Positions 26,560-40,254 of a stretch of DNA of 64,000 nucleotides are shown here, one piece after another. Under the pieces are notes generated by a model. The model worked only from the letters and a program-made list of their open reading frames with translations. It did no database searches and had not been told where the DNA came from. The position numbers were made by a program, and so were the translations under genes. The stretch's first letter is position 1. Every line of letters begins with the position of its first letter. Source of the stretch: Octopus sinensis (Eukaryota); the NCBI RefSeq assembly GCF_006345805.1, contig NC_043004.1, positions 15,004,001 through 15,068,000 on the forward strand, given 5' to 3'.

Positions 26560-27831
26560 CGAGGGACGTTCAATAAATAATGCCCCTGACACACTTGAAA
26601 TTTTGCATGCGCAATTATCTATATCTCTATAGATTAAGTGGTAAATTACAGCTCTGAACTAATTGTGGTTTCTGATTTACAGGTGTTTTAACTGAGTCAA
26701 GTATGAAATGGAGCCTGTTAAGTGTCGAGCAGTGATCCGGTTTTTGTATTTGAAAGGAAGCACACCACGGGAGTCTTTTGATGAAATGAAAGTAACTTAT
26801 GGTGATGATGCCCCATCAAATGACCTTGTAAAACGCTGGCATCGTAAATTCAAACATGGTCGGAACTCTGTGGAAACAGCTCCCAGATCTGGTCGCCCCC
26901 TTCTGCTATTGATGAGGCATCTGTCCGTTAAGTTGAGGCTGCCATCTTGGAAGATCGACGCGTAACTATTCGTCAAATAGCCCATGAGGTCAAGATTAGT
27001 ACCGGGTCTGTGGAAACTATCATTCATGACCATTTGCATATGCAAAAGGTGTCTGCCGGATGGATTCCCAGGCTGCTCACACCTTTCAAGAAGCAAGAAC
27101 GCGTCGATTGCTCGAGGATGAATTTGGAGATGTGCCAAGAAGATGAGTCAAAATTTTTCAAAAGACTGATTACACAGGATGAAACCTGGGTCCATCACTA
27201 TGATCCAGAGACCGAAGCCTAGTCAATGCAGTGGAAGCACCGTGACTCACCTCCTCCAAAGAAGGCAAGGGTGCAGCCCTCCGCTGGCAAGGTCATGCTC
27301 ACAGTCTTCTGGGACCAGGACGGAGTAGTGATGACAGATTTCCTGGCAAAGGGTACCACAATTACAGGAGCCTATTATGCTTCACTTTTGAGGAAATTAA
27401 GAGAAGCTATCAAAATCAAGAGGCGGGGCAAGATCAGCAAAGGCATCCTCCTCCTGCAGGACAACGCTCTGATCCACAACTCGCGTGTCGCCAGATCAGA
27501 AGCACAGGCATGCGGCTATGAAATTCTCTCTCATCTCCCTACTCTCCTGACCTTGCACCCTCTGATATTCACCTCTTCCCAGCAATGAAGTTGTTTTTGA
27601 AAGGAAAGCGTTTCCCAGATAATGCAGCCTTGATTTCTGAAGTCACGTCGTGGTTGGAGGACCATTCTTAAGTCTTCTACAAAAACGGTCTCCAGAGCTG
27701 CATCAAACAATGGGAGAAATGCGTAACTCTGGGTGGTTTGTATGTAGAAAAAGACTAATAACTGTGCCAAGTTTTGTTGCTCTACTGCTATGGGACGTGG
27801 GTCAGGGGCATTACTTATTGAACGCCCCTCG
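26560..27831 (+). mobile_element. Full-length mariner (DD34D) transposon, copy 1
   Basis: TA TSDs (26558-59, 27832-33); ~37-bp imperfect TIRs starting CGAGGG[A/G]CGTTCAATAA; 1272 bp. Confidence 0.97.
26708..27758 (+). pseudogene. Mariner transposase, disrupted
   Basis: HTH region, WIPRLL, TQDETW, LLQDNA and YSPDLAPSD with D34D spacing. Frameshifts at ~26900 and ~27535; stops at 27220 and 27669. Confidence 0.95.
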
Positions 27832-28514
27832 TACGTATTTTCTCGTTCATGTACAATATATGCAATCTTTTTTTTCTTTCTTTACTTCTATCTCAAATTT
27901 TGATCAATTCTTAAGGGTGCAATTGGTACACGCTGTTCTTTAATTTTCTCCCAAGAAAAATAACAGAAATATTATATAAAAAAAGAGGAAGTTCAGTATT
28001 TTAACTATACAGAAATACAGTTTCTCTCTACATCCAAAGTTATTTCGAGGAAGTTTTCACATTTTTTCTTCTACATTTCATATCATTCGAGTTTTTAAAT
28101 AATTCATTATTTCAAGATTGTTTTGTCTACTTCATGTAGGATTTTAACTTCAAAATATAATTCCTTTTATCTAACACTATCTACACAAATGGAGCCCTTT
28201 GTGTCTATTTATGAGGGTTTTTTTTACGATATGTCAACAATGGCAAAAAGATTAGACGCGGAATGCAATCAGAGATATTCTTTGAACTGAATATTCCAAG
28301 TTCATTTCAATACATTTTTCTTTTAAATGGTAGCAACGATTATGTTGTCGTCATATCCACCAAACAAAATCACATCCATTCTTAAGTTAATTGCCAGCAC
28401 ACAAATGCAGGAACACAGGATGATATGAATGGAGATTTTTTTTCTTCTTTTCTTTCATAAAGGACCATTCGCCTAATCGGAATAATTAAAGCACGATTCT
28501 TTCAAAGACAGCTG

Positions 28515-28632
28515 ATTATCATCATCATCATCATATCGACATGATGAATATCATAAATCACCATATCATCATCGTTGCTGGTAAAATCGTAAAGATCCAC
28601 CAACATAATAATAATAATAATAATATAATAAT

Positions 28633-28663
<31 letters not shown>

Positions 28664-28745
28664 GGAAGAAGAACAACAAGAAGAAGAAATAACAACAGTA
28701 ACAACAACAGCAACAATAATAACAACAACAACAACAACAACCACA
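28515..28745. repeat. Compound trinucleotide microsatellite (CAT/AAT/CAA/GAA)
   Basis: Directly visible. Confidence 0.9.
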
Positions 28746-29464
28746 TCAGCCAAAAGATTTGCAAAACATTTCCGTAAAATATTTATTCAATGCATTTTGA
28801 TTACAAATAGAGATGGGGAAAAAAATCGGAGATGAAGTTTATATCTGAAAAGAAGTCACGATGAAAGACCATCACGGCCATTCAGGAAATGGGTGTATGT
28901 GAGTGTTTATATGTTTATATGATTGTGTGCTTACCACATACTTTTTTTTTTAATGTACGAGTGTTTTATATGAGCGTATCCTTTAGAACTGATGTTTGAA
29001 GTTGTATGTTACGGTAATTTAAAACTATATTACTTCAATATGCATTTCGATGACATATATGCCAACAAATCGAACGGAAGCATACATGTATACACATAGA
29101 ATATTTGAGGATATTATATTTGCATTCCGATATATGAGTTATGCTGGAATGAGATGGCAAAAAATGAGAAACGTCTGTTATTTAACCACATTATGAATAA
29201 ATTTCTATATACTTCCTTATAAATAGCTATTTGATACAGGAACAGAAAAAGAAAATGTGCGTAGATACAACGTAAGACTATGTACGTGTGTCTATGTGTT
29301 TATTTGTGCCTGTGTGTGCGCGCGTAACTCAATCCCTGAAATAGTTGTAAAGGTCTAACATGAATTTTATTCTTTGTATTTTTTTCGCGTATGGTATCTC
29401 TGGATATCTACGTATCTTTGAAAGAGTAGCTTCACGATTTCTGCTTAATTACGCTTTCGTGTGT

Positions 29465-29570
29465 TGAGGCGCAATGGTCCAGTGGTAAGGGCAGCGGACT
29501 CGTGGTTGTAGGATCGCGATTTCGATTCCCAGGCCGGGCGTTGTGAGTGTTTATTGAGCGAAAACACTTA
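29465..29570 (+). mobile_element. SINE family C head (3'-truncated)
   Basis: gaggcgcaatggtccagtggtaagggcagcggactcg..tttcgattcccagg..gagtgtttattgagcgaaaacac; matches 8011. Confidence 0.85.
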
Positions 29571-29600
29571 AACGAATGCATATTTGGAAAATGTAGAGAG

Positions 29601-29633
<33 letters not shown>

Positions 29634-29641
<8 letters not shown>

Positions 29642-29820
29642 CTAGATACACATAAATTCTAGTACAAAGAGAAAGGAGGCGGATGTATCGGTAGGGTGTC
29701 TGTGAGGAAGTAAATATGAGTTAAGCGATGGAGAGAAAAATGAGTGAGAGAGAGAGAGACTAGATACACATGTTTCTAGTACAGAGAGAGAAGGGGATGA
29801 TGTATCACTAGTATGTGAGT
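29634..29820. repeat. Short tandem duplication (~118-bp period)
   Basis: gagagagactagatacacat..ttctagtaca.agaga..gatgtatc occurs twice. Confidence 0.75.
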
Positions 29821-30120
29821 GTATAAAGCAAATATGACTGTGCAAACATTTATGTTATGTAGAGATTAAGATGGGTTACTAATGAACTCAAGTAGATTCT
29901 CAAAATTAAATACGTCTTTGAGAGCCACTTATACGAATAACACTCGGTATATACTTTTAAGCTCATATGGTGCCAGTGAAGAATTAAACAAGCTAAATAA
30001 ATACTTTTCAGTGACATCTGTCCGTAGATACATTTCGGTGGGTATATAAGATATTCTTCACTGCAACTAAATATGTTCGTTACTTGTATTACACGTTTAT
30101 ATGTTAATTATGGCGGTATA

Positions 30121-30375
30121 CTCTTTTACTCTTTTACTTGTTTCAGTCATTTGACTGCAGCCGGGCTGGAGCACCGTCTTTGGTCGAGCAGGTCGACACC
30201 AGGACTTACTTTTGTAAGCCTAGTACTTATTCCATCGGTCTCTTTTGCCGAACTGCTAAGTTACGGGGACGTAAACACACCACCATCGGTTGTCAAGCGA
30301 TGTTGGGAGGACAAACACAGGCACACTAACATATACACACAAACATATATATATATATATATACATATACACACA

Positions 30376-30417
<42 letters not shown>

Positions 30418-30588
30418 CACACAAACATATACATATACACACAAACATATACACGCACATACATATCTATATACATATATAGGACGGGCTTCTTTCAGTT
30501 TCCGTCTACTAAATCCACACACAAGGCTTAGGTCGGCCCGAGGTTATAGTAGAAGACACTTGCCCAAGGTACCACGCAGTGGGAATGA
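30121..30588 (-). mobile_element. SINE family A (5'-truncated, expanded internal microsatellite)
   Basis: Reverse-complement match to 8971-9376. Confidence 0.9.
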
Positions 30589-30964
30589 AATTTCATAAAA
30601 TTTCAGTGACAGAAACGTATACGAGTGTTCTAATTGAGTATTTGTAAGTATTCTGTAGGGTGTTTATACTTTTGGTTCTACAAATATTGCAAAAATGTTT
30701 ACTTTGCCCAAATGTAGTTTAGCTTAGGTTATTGGTTTCATCGTAAAATCTATAAACTTTATATGAATTAAAGAATATACCTATACTAATTCATAAAATA
30801 TTAAGTACATAATATTAGTCATTCAAACCTGGCGTTAGAAACTTGCTATAAGAAGTTTCTACGAACTATATACACATACACAAGTATATAAACTAAACAT
30901 AAACACATATAAACTTACATACATACACATGCATGTATAATACTTACAAACGTAAATATATATA

Positions 30965-31004
<40 letters not shown>

Positions 31005-31151
31005 GATATATGCATGTATATATATATATTTATGTAGCATATCGCATTTGTAGAAATATAAATCACGTTAAGTGTTTAGAATAAATTGAGCAGATATAAA
31101 TACTTATATACATGTGTGGGTGGGGGTGAGAGTGTATATTCATACATTCAT

Positions 31152-31217
<66 letters not shown>

Positions 31218-31415
31218 AATATATGTGTATGTATGCAAGTGTGTATATGTATAATCATACGCACAAAGATACGCATACACACGTGTACAATCGGATAATA
31301 TATACATAGACTGGGATATATTTATCTGAAACATACATATGGAAGTTAATGGGTTTCTTCATGGGAGGTTTACATATATATGTCTATATATATATATATA
31401 TATACATACATATAT

Positions 31416-31457
<42 letters not shown>

Positions 31458-31481
31458 CCTATATATTAGACATATATATAT

Positions 31482-31546
<65 letters not shown>

Positions 31547-32108
31547 GACATATGTATATATACAAATTTCCATATCTTATTTCATTAATATTCATGCAAG
31601 TCCATGACACCGAATTGAATTTTGGAGACATGCTAATGTTAAATACATATATCTAAATATTTTATTGTAAAACTGTATATCTTTCTGGGTATGTTATTAA
31701 AACACGAAAACCAATTTCTTACAACTAGTAGAAATAAATGTTGGAGATATTCAATAACTGTTTTATCATATATGCTTTTAAAAAAGATACGTTTCAGAAA
31801 AGAAAGGACACATGCCTAAAACGTTCCATGGGGTGTGTTTTTAGCGATTTCTTGTTATGTCTTTAATTCTCTGTAAATTTTCGATCATTCAAGAACTCCT
31901 TGCTGAAGCGCTGCTTTCAAATTTTCAGTACTAGTTTCAGTTGTTTGGTTTCTAATTTTCAAATCACTAAGTTATAATCCTTAAATATGTACAGCATGAA
32001 CAGCTGAGGCTTTTGACAAACGTAAACATGTTCAGCAGTGTAGACGCTACACATATCTATCTACATTTGTACAAACGCACACATATATGCATATGTATAA
32101 CACATATA

Positions 32109-32671
32109 CAGCTCCGTCGCCTGACTTTAGAAGCCCCCTGCAACTTTTAGTTTCGTAGCCCCATCCCCTCAATCAAAGTTCCTATTCTACACACCTTTTA
32201 TTCATAGCTATACTTTATTCTATTTGAAGTTCAGTATTTCACGTTATCCCAAAAACATCTTTAAAAGTAGAAGTTAAATTCATTTAGCTCTATTACAATT
32301 TCCCATAAGTAATACTTCCAGATATGAATAAAACAGCACTTTTATAATCGAGGCAACTTTCAAAGACAAACGGCGCAGTTTTCGCTTCGCAAAATCATCG
32401 ATCGATTCAGAATAATCAAGCTAAGAGCTAGGTTCGTGTTCAATTGATATCATAGACAATCTACAAAGTCTAGTACATGTTCGTTGTACAAAGATATATT
32501 TTTTACAAGACTTTTGCAGGTACAATGCATTACCATTTTATTTCTTGAAAGTTTCAGTAAATATTGTTTAATTCTTTTTCACTACCTTAACCAAAGTAAA
32601 TAGATGACTCATCTACGTACTTCGATCTCAACATGGGGCCCCTCAACTGCGGAGGCTCAGCGACGGTCCTG
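32109..32671. mobile_element. Non-autonomous hAT-type element (MITE), 563 bp
   Basis: Perfect 8-bp TSD CACATATA (32101-08, 32672-79). Imperfect TIRs: left CAGCTCCGTCGC, right (revcomp) CAGGACCGTCGC, with subterminal GCCCC motifs. 8-bp TSDs with CAG ends are typical of hAT. Confidence 0.8.
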
Positions 32672-33507
32672 CACATATATATATTTATAAATTATATATT
32701 AATAAGTTACCCTGGAAAGGCCAGATATTGAAATATATTTCGTGGTCGATTTCATTCGTCAGTGCCACAGACTCATTCACAAACGAAACGACCCACGTCG
32801 GCCGTTAGAGCTATGTACACAAATTAAGTAAAAACTATTTGCTTGTGAAAAGCTGTGAAACATCGGTAGCCACGCATATATATCTTGTTTGTCGTATTAA
32901 TAACGTATACATTATTGAAGCTGCTTTAAACAAAAATTCTAATTTTGATTTCCTTATGCGGCACATATGCACATCATCAAAGAGCTGTTACATTATTCGT
33001 AAACATACCTCTAACATAATCATTACTAGCATTTGAAAGAAAACGTTTTGAAATGAACTCGAATTTCCAGTTCAAGGAATATTTTTAATTGCCTTCTACG
33101 TCTAATCTCTTTGCTATTGTTGACATATCGTAAAAAAAAGATACCTATAAATAAGCACAAAAGCGAAATAGATTGTCTCAGTGGTGGATAAATATGTAGG
33201 ACAGAGGTTCGAAAAAGGCCACGAAATGTCGATATCTGTCACTTCCGGATTGATTTCGTTTCTTCCAGCTTTAGGATGTGCAGTGCTTTTAAATACATTT
33301 CTTCTTTAAAGAGGCTTCTCTTGGTCAATGTACTGCAGCTTCACAACGTTTAATTACGCACATTCATTGAATATGTCATATGACTAATGTGTGCACAATT
33401 TAAGCTGCTTGAAAAAAAATGTTATATTTATATTAATTTCGCGTTGTTTACCTCTACCAAATCTACATACACACATTTCCTCAATCGAAGTCTTTAAATG
33501 CAATATA

Positions 33508-34797
33508 CGAGGGACGTTCAATAAGTAATGCCTCTGACCCACTTGCAGTTGTTCGATCTAGCTGAAATTTTGCATGTGCAATTATTCATATCTCTATAGA
33601 GTAAGTGACAAATTACAGCTCTGAACTAATTGTGGTTTCTGATTTACATGTGTTTGAACTGAGTCAAGTGTGAAATGGAGCCTGTTGAATGTCGAGCAGT
33701 GATCCGGTTTTTGTATTTGAAAGGACCCATACCACGGGAGACTTTTGATGAAATGAAAGTAACTTATGGTGATGATGCCCCATCATATGACCTTGTAAAA
33801 CGCTGGCATCGTGAATTCAAACATGGACGGAACTCTGTGGAAACAGCTCCCAGATCTGGTCGCCCCCTTCTGCCATTGATGAGGCATCTGTCCGTCAAGT
33901 TGAGGCTGCCATTTTGGAAGATCGACGCATAATTATTCGCCAAATAGCCCATGAGGTCAAGATTAGTACCGGGTCTGCGGAAACTATCATTCATGACCAT
34001 TTGCATATGCAAAAGGTGTCTGCCAGATGGATTCCCAGGTTGCTCAGGCCTTTCCAGAAGCAAGAACGCGTCGAGTGCTCGAGGGTGAATTTGGGGATGT
34101 GCCAAGAAGATGAGCCAAAATTTTTCAAAAGACTGATTACACAGGATGAAACCTGGGTCCATCACTATGATCCAGAGACCAAAGCCCAGTCAATGCAGTG
34201 GAAGCACCGTGACTCACCCCCTCCAAAGAAGGCAAGGATGCAGCCCTCCGCTGGCAAGGTCATGCTCACAGTCTTCTGGGACCAGGACGGAGTAGTGATG
34301 GTAGATTTCCTGGCAAAGGGTACCACAATTGCAGGAGCCTATTATGCTTCACTTTTGAGGAAATTAAGAGAAGTTATCAAAATCAAGAGGCGGGGCAAGA
34401 TAAGCAAAGGCATCCTCCTCCTGCAGGACAACGCTCCGGTCCACAACTCGCTTGTCGCCAGATCAGAAACACAGGCGTATGCCTATGAACTCCTCCCCAT
34501 CCCCCCTACTTTCCTGACCTTGCACCCTTGATTTTCACCTCTTCCCAATCATGAAGTTGTTTTTGAAAGGAAAGCGTTTCCCAGATGATGCAGCCTTGAT
34601 TTCTGAAGTCACGTTGAGGTTGGAGGACCATTCTTAAGTCTTCTACAAAAACGGTCTCCAGAGCTGCATCAAACAATGGGAGAAATGCGTAACTCTGGGT
34701 GGTTCCTATGTAGAAAAAGACTAATAACTGTGCCAAGTTTCGTTGCTCTACTGCTATGGGAAGTGGGTCAGGGGCATTACTTATTGAACGCCCCTCG
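33508..34797 (+). mobile_element. Full-length mariner (DD34D) transposon, copy 2
   Basis: TA TSDs (33506-07, 34798-99); 37-bp TIRs CGAGGG[A/G]CGTTCAATAAGTAATGCC[T/C]CTGACCCACTT; 1290 bp; highly similar to copy 1. Confidence 0.97.
33675..34724 (+). pseudogene. Mariner transposase, disrupted
   Basis: Same motifs as copy 1. Frameshifts at ~33865 and ~34495-34530; in-frame TAA at 34635. Confidence 0.95.
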
Positions 34798-37700
34798 TAT
34801 ATATATATATATATATATATATATGGAAACTTATATTTATCATACATATATCCATACATACATAAACACACACGCGCACATACAATAGGAAATGTTTGCA
34901 TGCGTGTGCATGTATCTGTGAAAACAGCCAATCGTATTTCTTATTTCGATTGAATTTCCTTTTAAGTTTGTCTAGTACTTAATTTGTTGTAGACTACTTG
35001 CTTCCAATTTGAATTCTTCCTGAAATGATGGATGTAAGTAAAAGCTGTATCTCAATTTTGCTTCACACGGGACGTGGTTTTATGTTATACTAGTGTAAAT
35101 ATTAGAAGAATTTCTTGAGTAAAATTATATGATTTCCTGTTTGAAATGTGAAAGTTTTGTTTATATCATTAACACATATTCGAAATGATGAATACAATGT
35201 TCGACTAGATACAGTGAAGTTAAATTATAGTTGAAATAATGCTTTATTTATTACAATAGATATGCAGATGTAACGTTGCTAAATATTCTTTCAAAACGGT
35301 GCAGAGAAAATTATCCTCTATAGATTTTCTCTCCACTTAACATATAGTTCTGCAAATATTTGTGGAACAAATACTATTTTAGATTCAACTTCAGGCAATC
35401 TTCCCGAAGAAGTGAATGTTTTGTAGCAAGAACAGTAAGAACCACTTGCAGCAAAGAAAGAATGTAAAAAAGCATAGTCAGAATATACCAGAAACTTAAG
35501 GTAAAGTATAGGAATAAAATGTAGTGCGATTAAAGTTATATATGCAAAGTTCTTCTGATACAAATATTTCATAGTGAATTCAAATTCTTTCATGCAAATC
35601 CTGTGGAGGTTAACTCTTTCAAAAGAATACTGAAATTCTAATTGTACATTCTACATCGTTTTATTTTAATACAAAATTAATATATCTAAAGGAAAGGATC
35701 ACTGCAGGTTTAGAAATCTACATATGTTATCTCATTCTTCAACAATTTATTCAAAATAATATAGCCTACCATACTGCTAAATAAACGTTATTGCTCTAAA
35801 ATAATGATAATAAGCTCCTCTCTAAATATATTAGAGTAGATGATAGCCACCATATAATTAATATGCCGTAAAACATGTCTCCTATAAACGTTTCGTGGCG
35901 CATTAATCTTCGTATATATAGTGGGCTGTGAAAAACTCAAAGTACATTTTTACATGTATGTAAATACCTTTACAGAGATTATAACTTTGCTCTTTGAAGA
36001 TTACCTGCAATACTGTTAACCTTCCATCAATAAAACGACCAAGAGTTATTGACATTGAGAGAGAAATTTATCGGTAACTTCAGTAAGAGAATAATTTTTT
36101 TTATTTAACTGTTGACACGTGATAACCAAATTGAGTCATTTGAAAAATATTGCAAGATACATTGCACGTTCCTAAAAGTTTACAGAGAAATCATCCGCAT
36201 CCTAGATCAGCAACGAGGGTAATTTCGAAGACGTTAATCTCAGTAAACCAATGGCACTTTTATTTCATTGTTTAATCTTGATGTGAATGCTCATCATCTA
36301 TTGTTCTGTTAAATATCTACGTAACATGTCTTCGTTTTGACGACAAAAAATGTGTATTAATAAGGTGATAACAATTTCGTTAGCTGTATATATACAATCC
36401 AGATTTAGGAGCCAGAAAAATTTACCCTTGAATCATATTGAAGGAGAAAATATGTCTACTTCCAAAAACAAAAGTATTCATCTCAGACTATTAGAAAATA
36501 TTGATAAATTTGAAAATGTTATTCCAAAAGAGTCCACTTTTAGAAAGCTGATTTCGATTGAGAAAATGTATGCAGAAATAGGGGGATATTGATTAAATCC
36601 CAACAACGATTAAATCCTGGTTAGAACGATTTCACTGTTGCTGTTCTCGGAAAGAAAAAGAAGTACGGTTGTTTATAGTTTCGAATATATTGAATTACAT
36701 ATCTCGAAGATGGTTAAAGTTTTGTACTATTTATCAAAAAAGGTATACTAGCGACGGCATAAAAACGCATCTAGTCAAGATATCGAAAGCAAGCTCTTTC
36801 ATGAATTATAAATTAATAACTGAACAGAATGTTTCTATAGTATCATCCACTGAGTTTTTGTTAAGAACTCAATAATACTAATTTCCATCTTTTCTCTTGG
36901 TGATGTAGCTCCGAGCTCACAATGCTGTTGTGTCTTTATTTAGATCGACAGGATTCTATCGATTTTCTGCCTCAAATAGATATCTCATGAAATTTTTAAT
37001 TCCAGCAAACCTGTATTATGAAATTTCGTGTTGCTATAAATGTAAATTTACACTGCTATTTCATTTTTACAATGTATATGTTTTAGTTAAACAATGATAA
37101 AAGATATAAGCAACATTGTTTTAAAATCATAAAGAAAATAGAATTGCGGCAGATTATGTATTATCAATAAAACAGCATAATAAAAATAAATTTTATGATT
37201 TACATGTTACAATGCGTGATGTTAAATCTAAAAAAGGTAATTAATGCAAATGGAAACGTACACATACTTCTAGTAACGAATTAAACACCACTTCTATATG
37301 TAAAATTTTACAAATCACTTTTTTAATGTTATCATTCAGTTTTTTTTTAATATATATAATTTAGAACCTTATACCATAATTATCATTGTTGATAAAACGA
37401 ACATAATTAGAAAACTGAAATTATAAATGTTCTTATATCCATAATAACGCACTCCTTAACCACACGAGACATGATTTGTTAATGCAATTGTTAATTGCCA
37501 TTAATTACAATAAAACAATTACTGTATGGTTATAATATATTTTTATATTTGATGTGAACACCTTTCTTTTAAACATTTTAAATCTAGGAGTGGTAAACAA
37601 TATTGTTTATTGGAATTTGTTAAATATGCTGCCTATTGATTATTATATTAAATGTTATAATATGTCAATTGTATGTTTCAAATTAAACTGGGTTTCATCA

Positions 37701-38720
37701 TTTTAGAGATTCCTATTTACTTAATAGTCAGTTGTGAACCTCTTCATTAATTAATGATTGCAACCATGGGAATATTTATACATTTATTTCTTCAGTTTTG
37801 AATATATAGAGAATTGTAAACAGTCTGAGACGTAATCTACATCGCTGTAAGCATAAACACTGCTATGATTCTAAATATCGTTTTACACAAAATAATTTCG
37901 AAAGCGAATTTAATAATATATTCAATGTTAGAAAACCCCGAAAACAATATAAAACAAAACAGAGTTACAGCAGGAAAAGATAACTTTTTTACTTAAATTC
38001 TTTCTGGCCAGTGGGCTCTATCTCTACAGCAAAATAAGCCAATTGTAGTAAATCTCTCTTAGAATACTGGAAGTTGTACTTTGCTATAGTGAATATTATA
38101 AAAGAACATACGCACTTGACCCTCGAATTCCATGGTGATTGTCGCTTTATATATTGTATATTCCTGAACCTATTCCCTTTTCTTCTCATGGCTGCTCGGT
38201 ATAGAAGGAAGTAGCTATATCTACAATCGCAGTATTAGCACCGTTACTGCATATGCTACACCAAGTATATGCCCACACGAACATTATAAGTTACAATTAT
38301 TTAATCATGAAAGGTCTACAATCAACATTACTGCAGATGATACCAGCACATTGTGCCATATCGTGGGGTTGCTGTGAGCATTCCTCAGTGCCACTATCTT
38401 CACTGTGACGTAAAATATCCAATAGTAAAAGTGATCCCAAATGGCCGTAATTTTAAAAACCCTCTTGTAATTATAAGAGGGTTTTTAAAATCATTTTTAT
38501 GGGGAACTGCCAAAATCAAATCTTTTACTTTGTGTTTTTTTATTTTCTCTTTCAGAGTGCACTTCCTGGGGTTTTAGCTTCCTAGATTCACTCAAAAAGG
38601 AGCAGATCAGTTCAGTTAAGTAGGACCTGCACTGTAAACGAAAACAACTTACGATATTTACTAGAAAAGTTCAGACAATGAGTAAGTACCCATCTCACCA
38701 TATATGTATATATATATATA

Positions 38721-38751
<31 letters not shown>

Positions 38752-38849
38752 GTGTGTGGTGTGTGTGTGTGTGTGTTGTGTGTGTGTGTGTGTGTTGTGT
38801 GTGTGTGTGTTGTGTGTGTGTGTGTTTGTGTATGTGTGTATGTGTGTGT

Positions 38850-39030
38850 GCGTATTTACATTTCAGTAGGTGCAAGCATGCACATACAGTCAAGAGTTTC
38901 GCATTGCAGCAATGACGTTTCTGGTTAATTCCCAGTTGAGCTACTGTATACTACTATTGCTCCGTGTTGACCAAAGACTTTTGGAGGAATTTGGGCGACG
39001 GAAACTGTGCTGAAGCTCACTATATGTCAA
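38850..39030 (+). mobile_element. Highly decayed SINE A-like copy
   Basis: ..tactattgctccgtgttgaccaaagactt..gaatttgggcgacggaaactg..gaagc resembles the SINE A body and is followed by (TA)n. Confidence 0.5.
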
Positions 39031-39032
39031 CA

Positions 39033-39085
<53 letters not shown>

Positions 39086-40254
39086 TACACATATATATAT
39101 ATGTATTCATACATATATATATATATAAACACACATACGTACACACATACACGTATTTGTATATGTATGTATGTATGTATGTATGTGTATAAATGTGTAC
39201 ATACATATCCGCCATTATCTGCAACACTTCACTTCTACCTTCGTAATTACATGCCAGATTTGTTTGCGACATGCTTGAAAGCTATATGATGCAATTGCCA
39301 GCAATTTGGCGCATTCCCAGCGGTGCGAGCTGTTGCGTAGTCATGTCACAGTGCAGAGAAAATCACACGTGATGATCAATTTCAACTGGAATGTCAAGAC
39401 CGCTGTGATTATGTGCCTATAACAAGACTGTAAAAAGTTGAAAAGGGCTCAATTACCTTTGATAAGTTTCTTAGTCAAAGGTTTCTGGGATTTGTGCAAA
39501 GAACTGAATTGCGCTAATTAGATATCCCCTTGCTTTCAAGTTCTCTATTTACCGACTTTTTATAATTAGATGTTGTCTTTGCTGTTTTTGATTACATTTT
39601 CCTCTACCAACACGCCTAGTCGTCTTTACTTCGTTTTTATACTGCCCCTAATGTCGTAGGCGCTTGTGATGGATCACAAAATTTTTAATAATTACAAATA
39701 TTATGACGATTTGTGATTATGAATATTTCTTATTGATTTTTTTATACCTGCTATTTTGATCTCTCTTTCTGCATTTTGAATTTCTATTTTTTGCAGAAAA
39801 TATTTCGCCTCTTTAATAGAAAAATCGTTCATTATTTTCATGTATTGTTCTCTCATATCACAAAAAGTTTACTGAATCTGCTCTCATTTTCTGCGCAGAC
39901 TCTTCGTAATATAATTGTCTTATTTTATAATACATTTGGACTCTAAAATCTTAGTCTCCTTTCGTTATTTTGCAAGATAGTTTCTATAAATGACAATTTA
40001 AGTAGTATATTTCAAATGCTATTTTAAATTAACAAGTTCTTTGTCCCAATATTATAGAATCTTCTCTCATTGTTGAATCCATAATTATGGTAATTGTAAA
40101 ATAAACACTTAACAATCAATTCCTGTTCCATTAATTGATTGTTGCTTTGCTGAGTTGAAAATATTTGTACATAAACATAACTCTATATTCAAGTGGAATT
40201 GTACTCTTCAATTTCGAAAGGCAGTAAAAAAGAGATAAAAGCACTTCCCGATTC

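Noticed and set aside
37989-38189. 66-aa minus-strand ORF as an exon
   Set aside because: No recognisable domain and weak splice signals.
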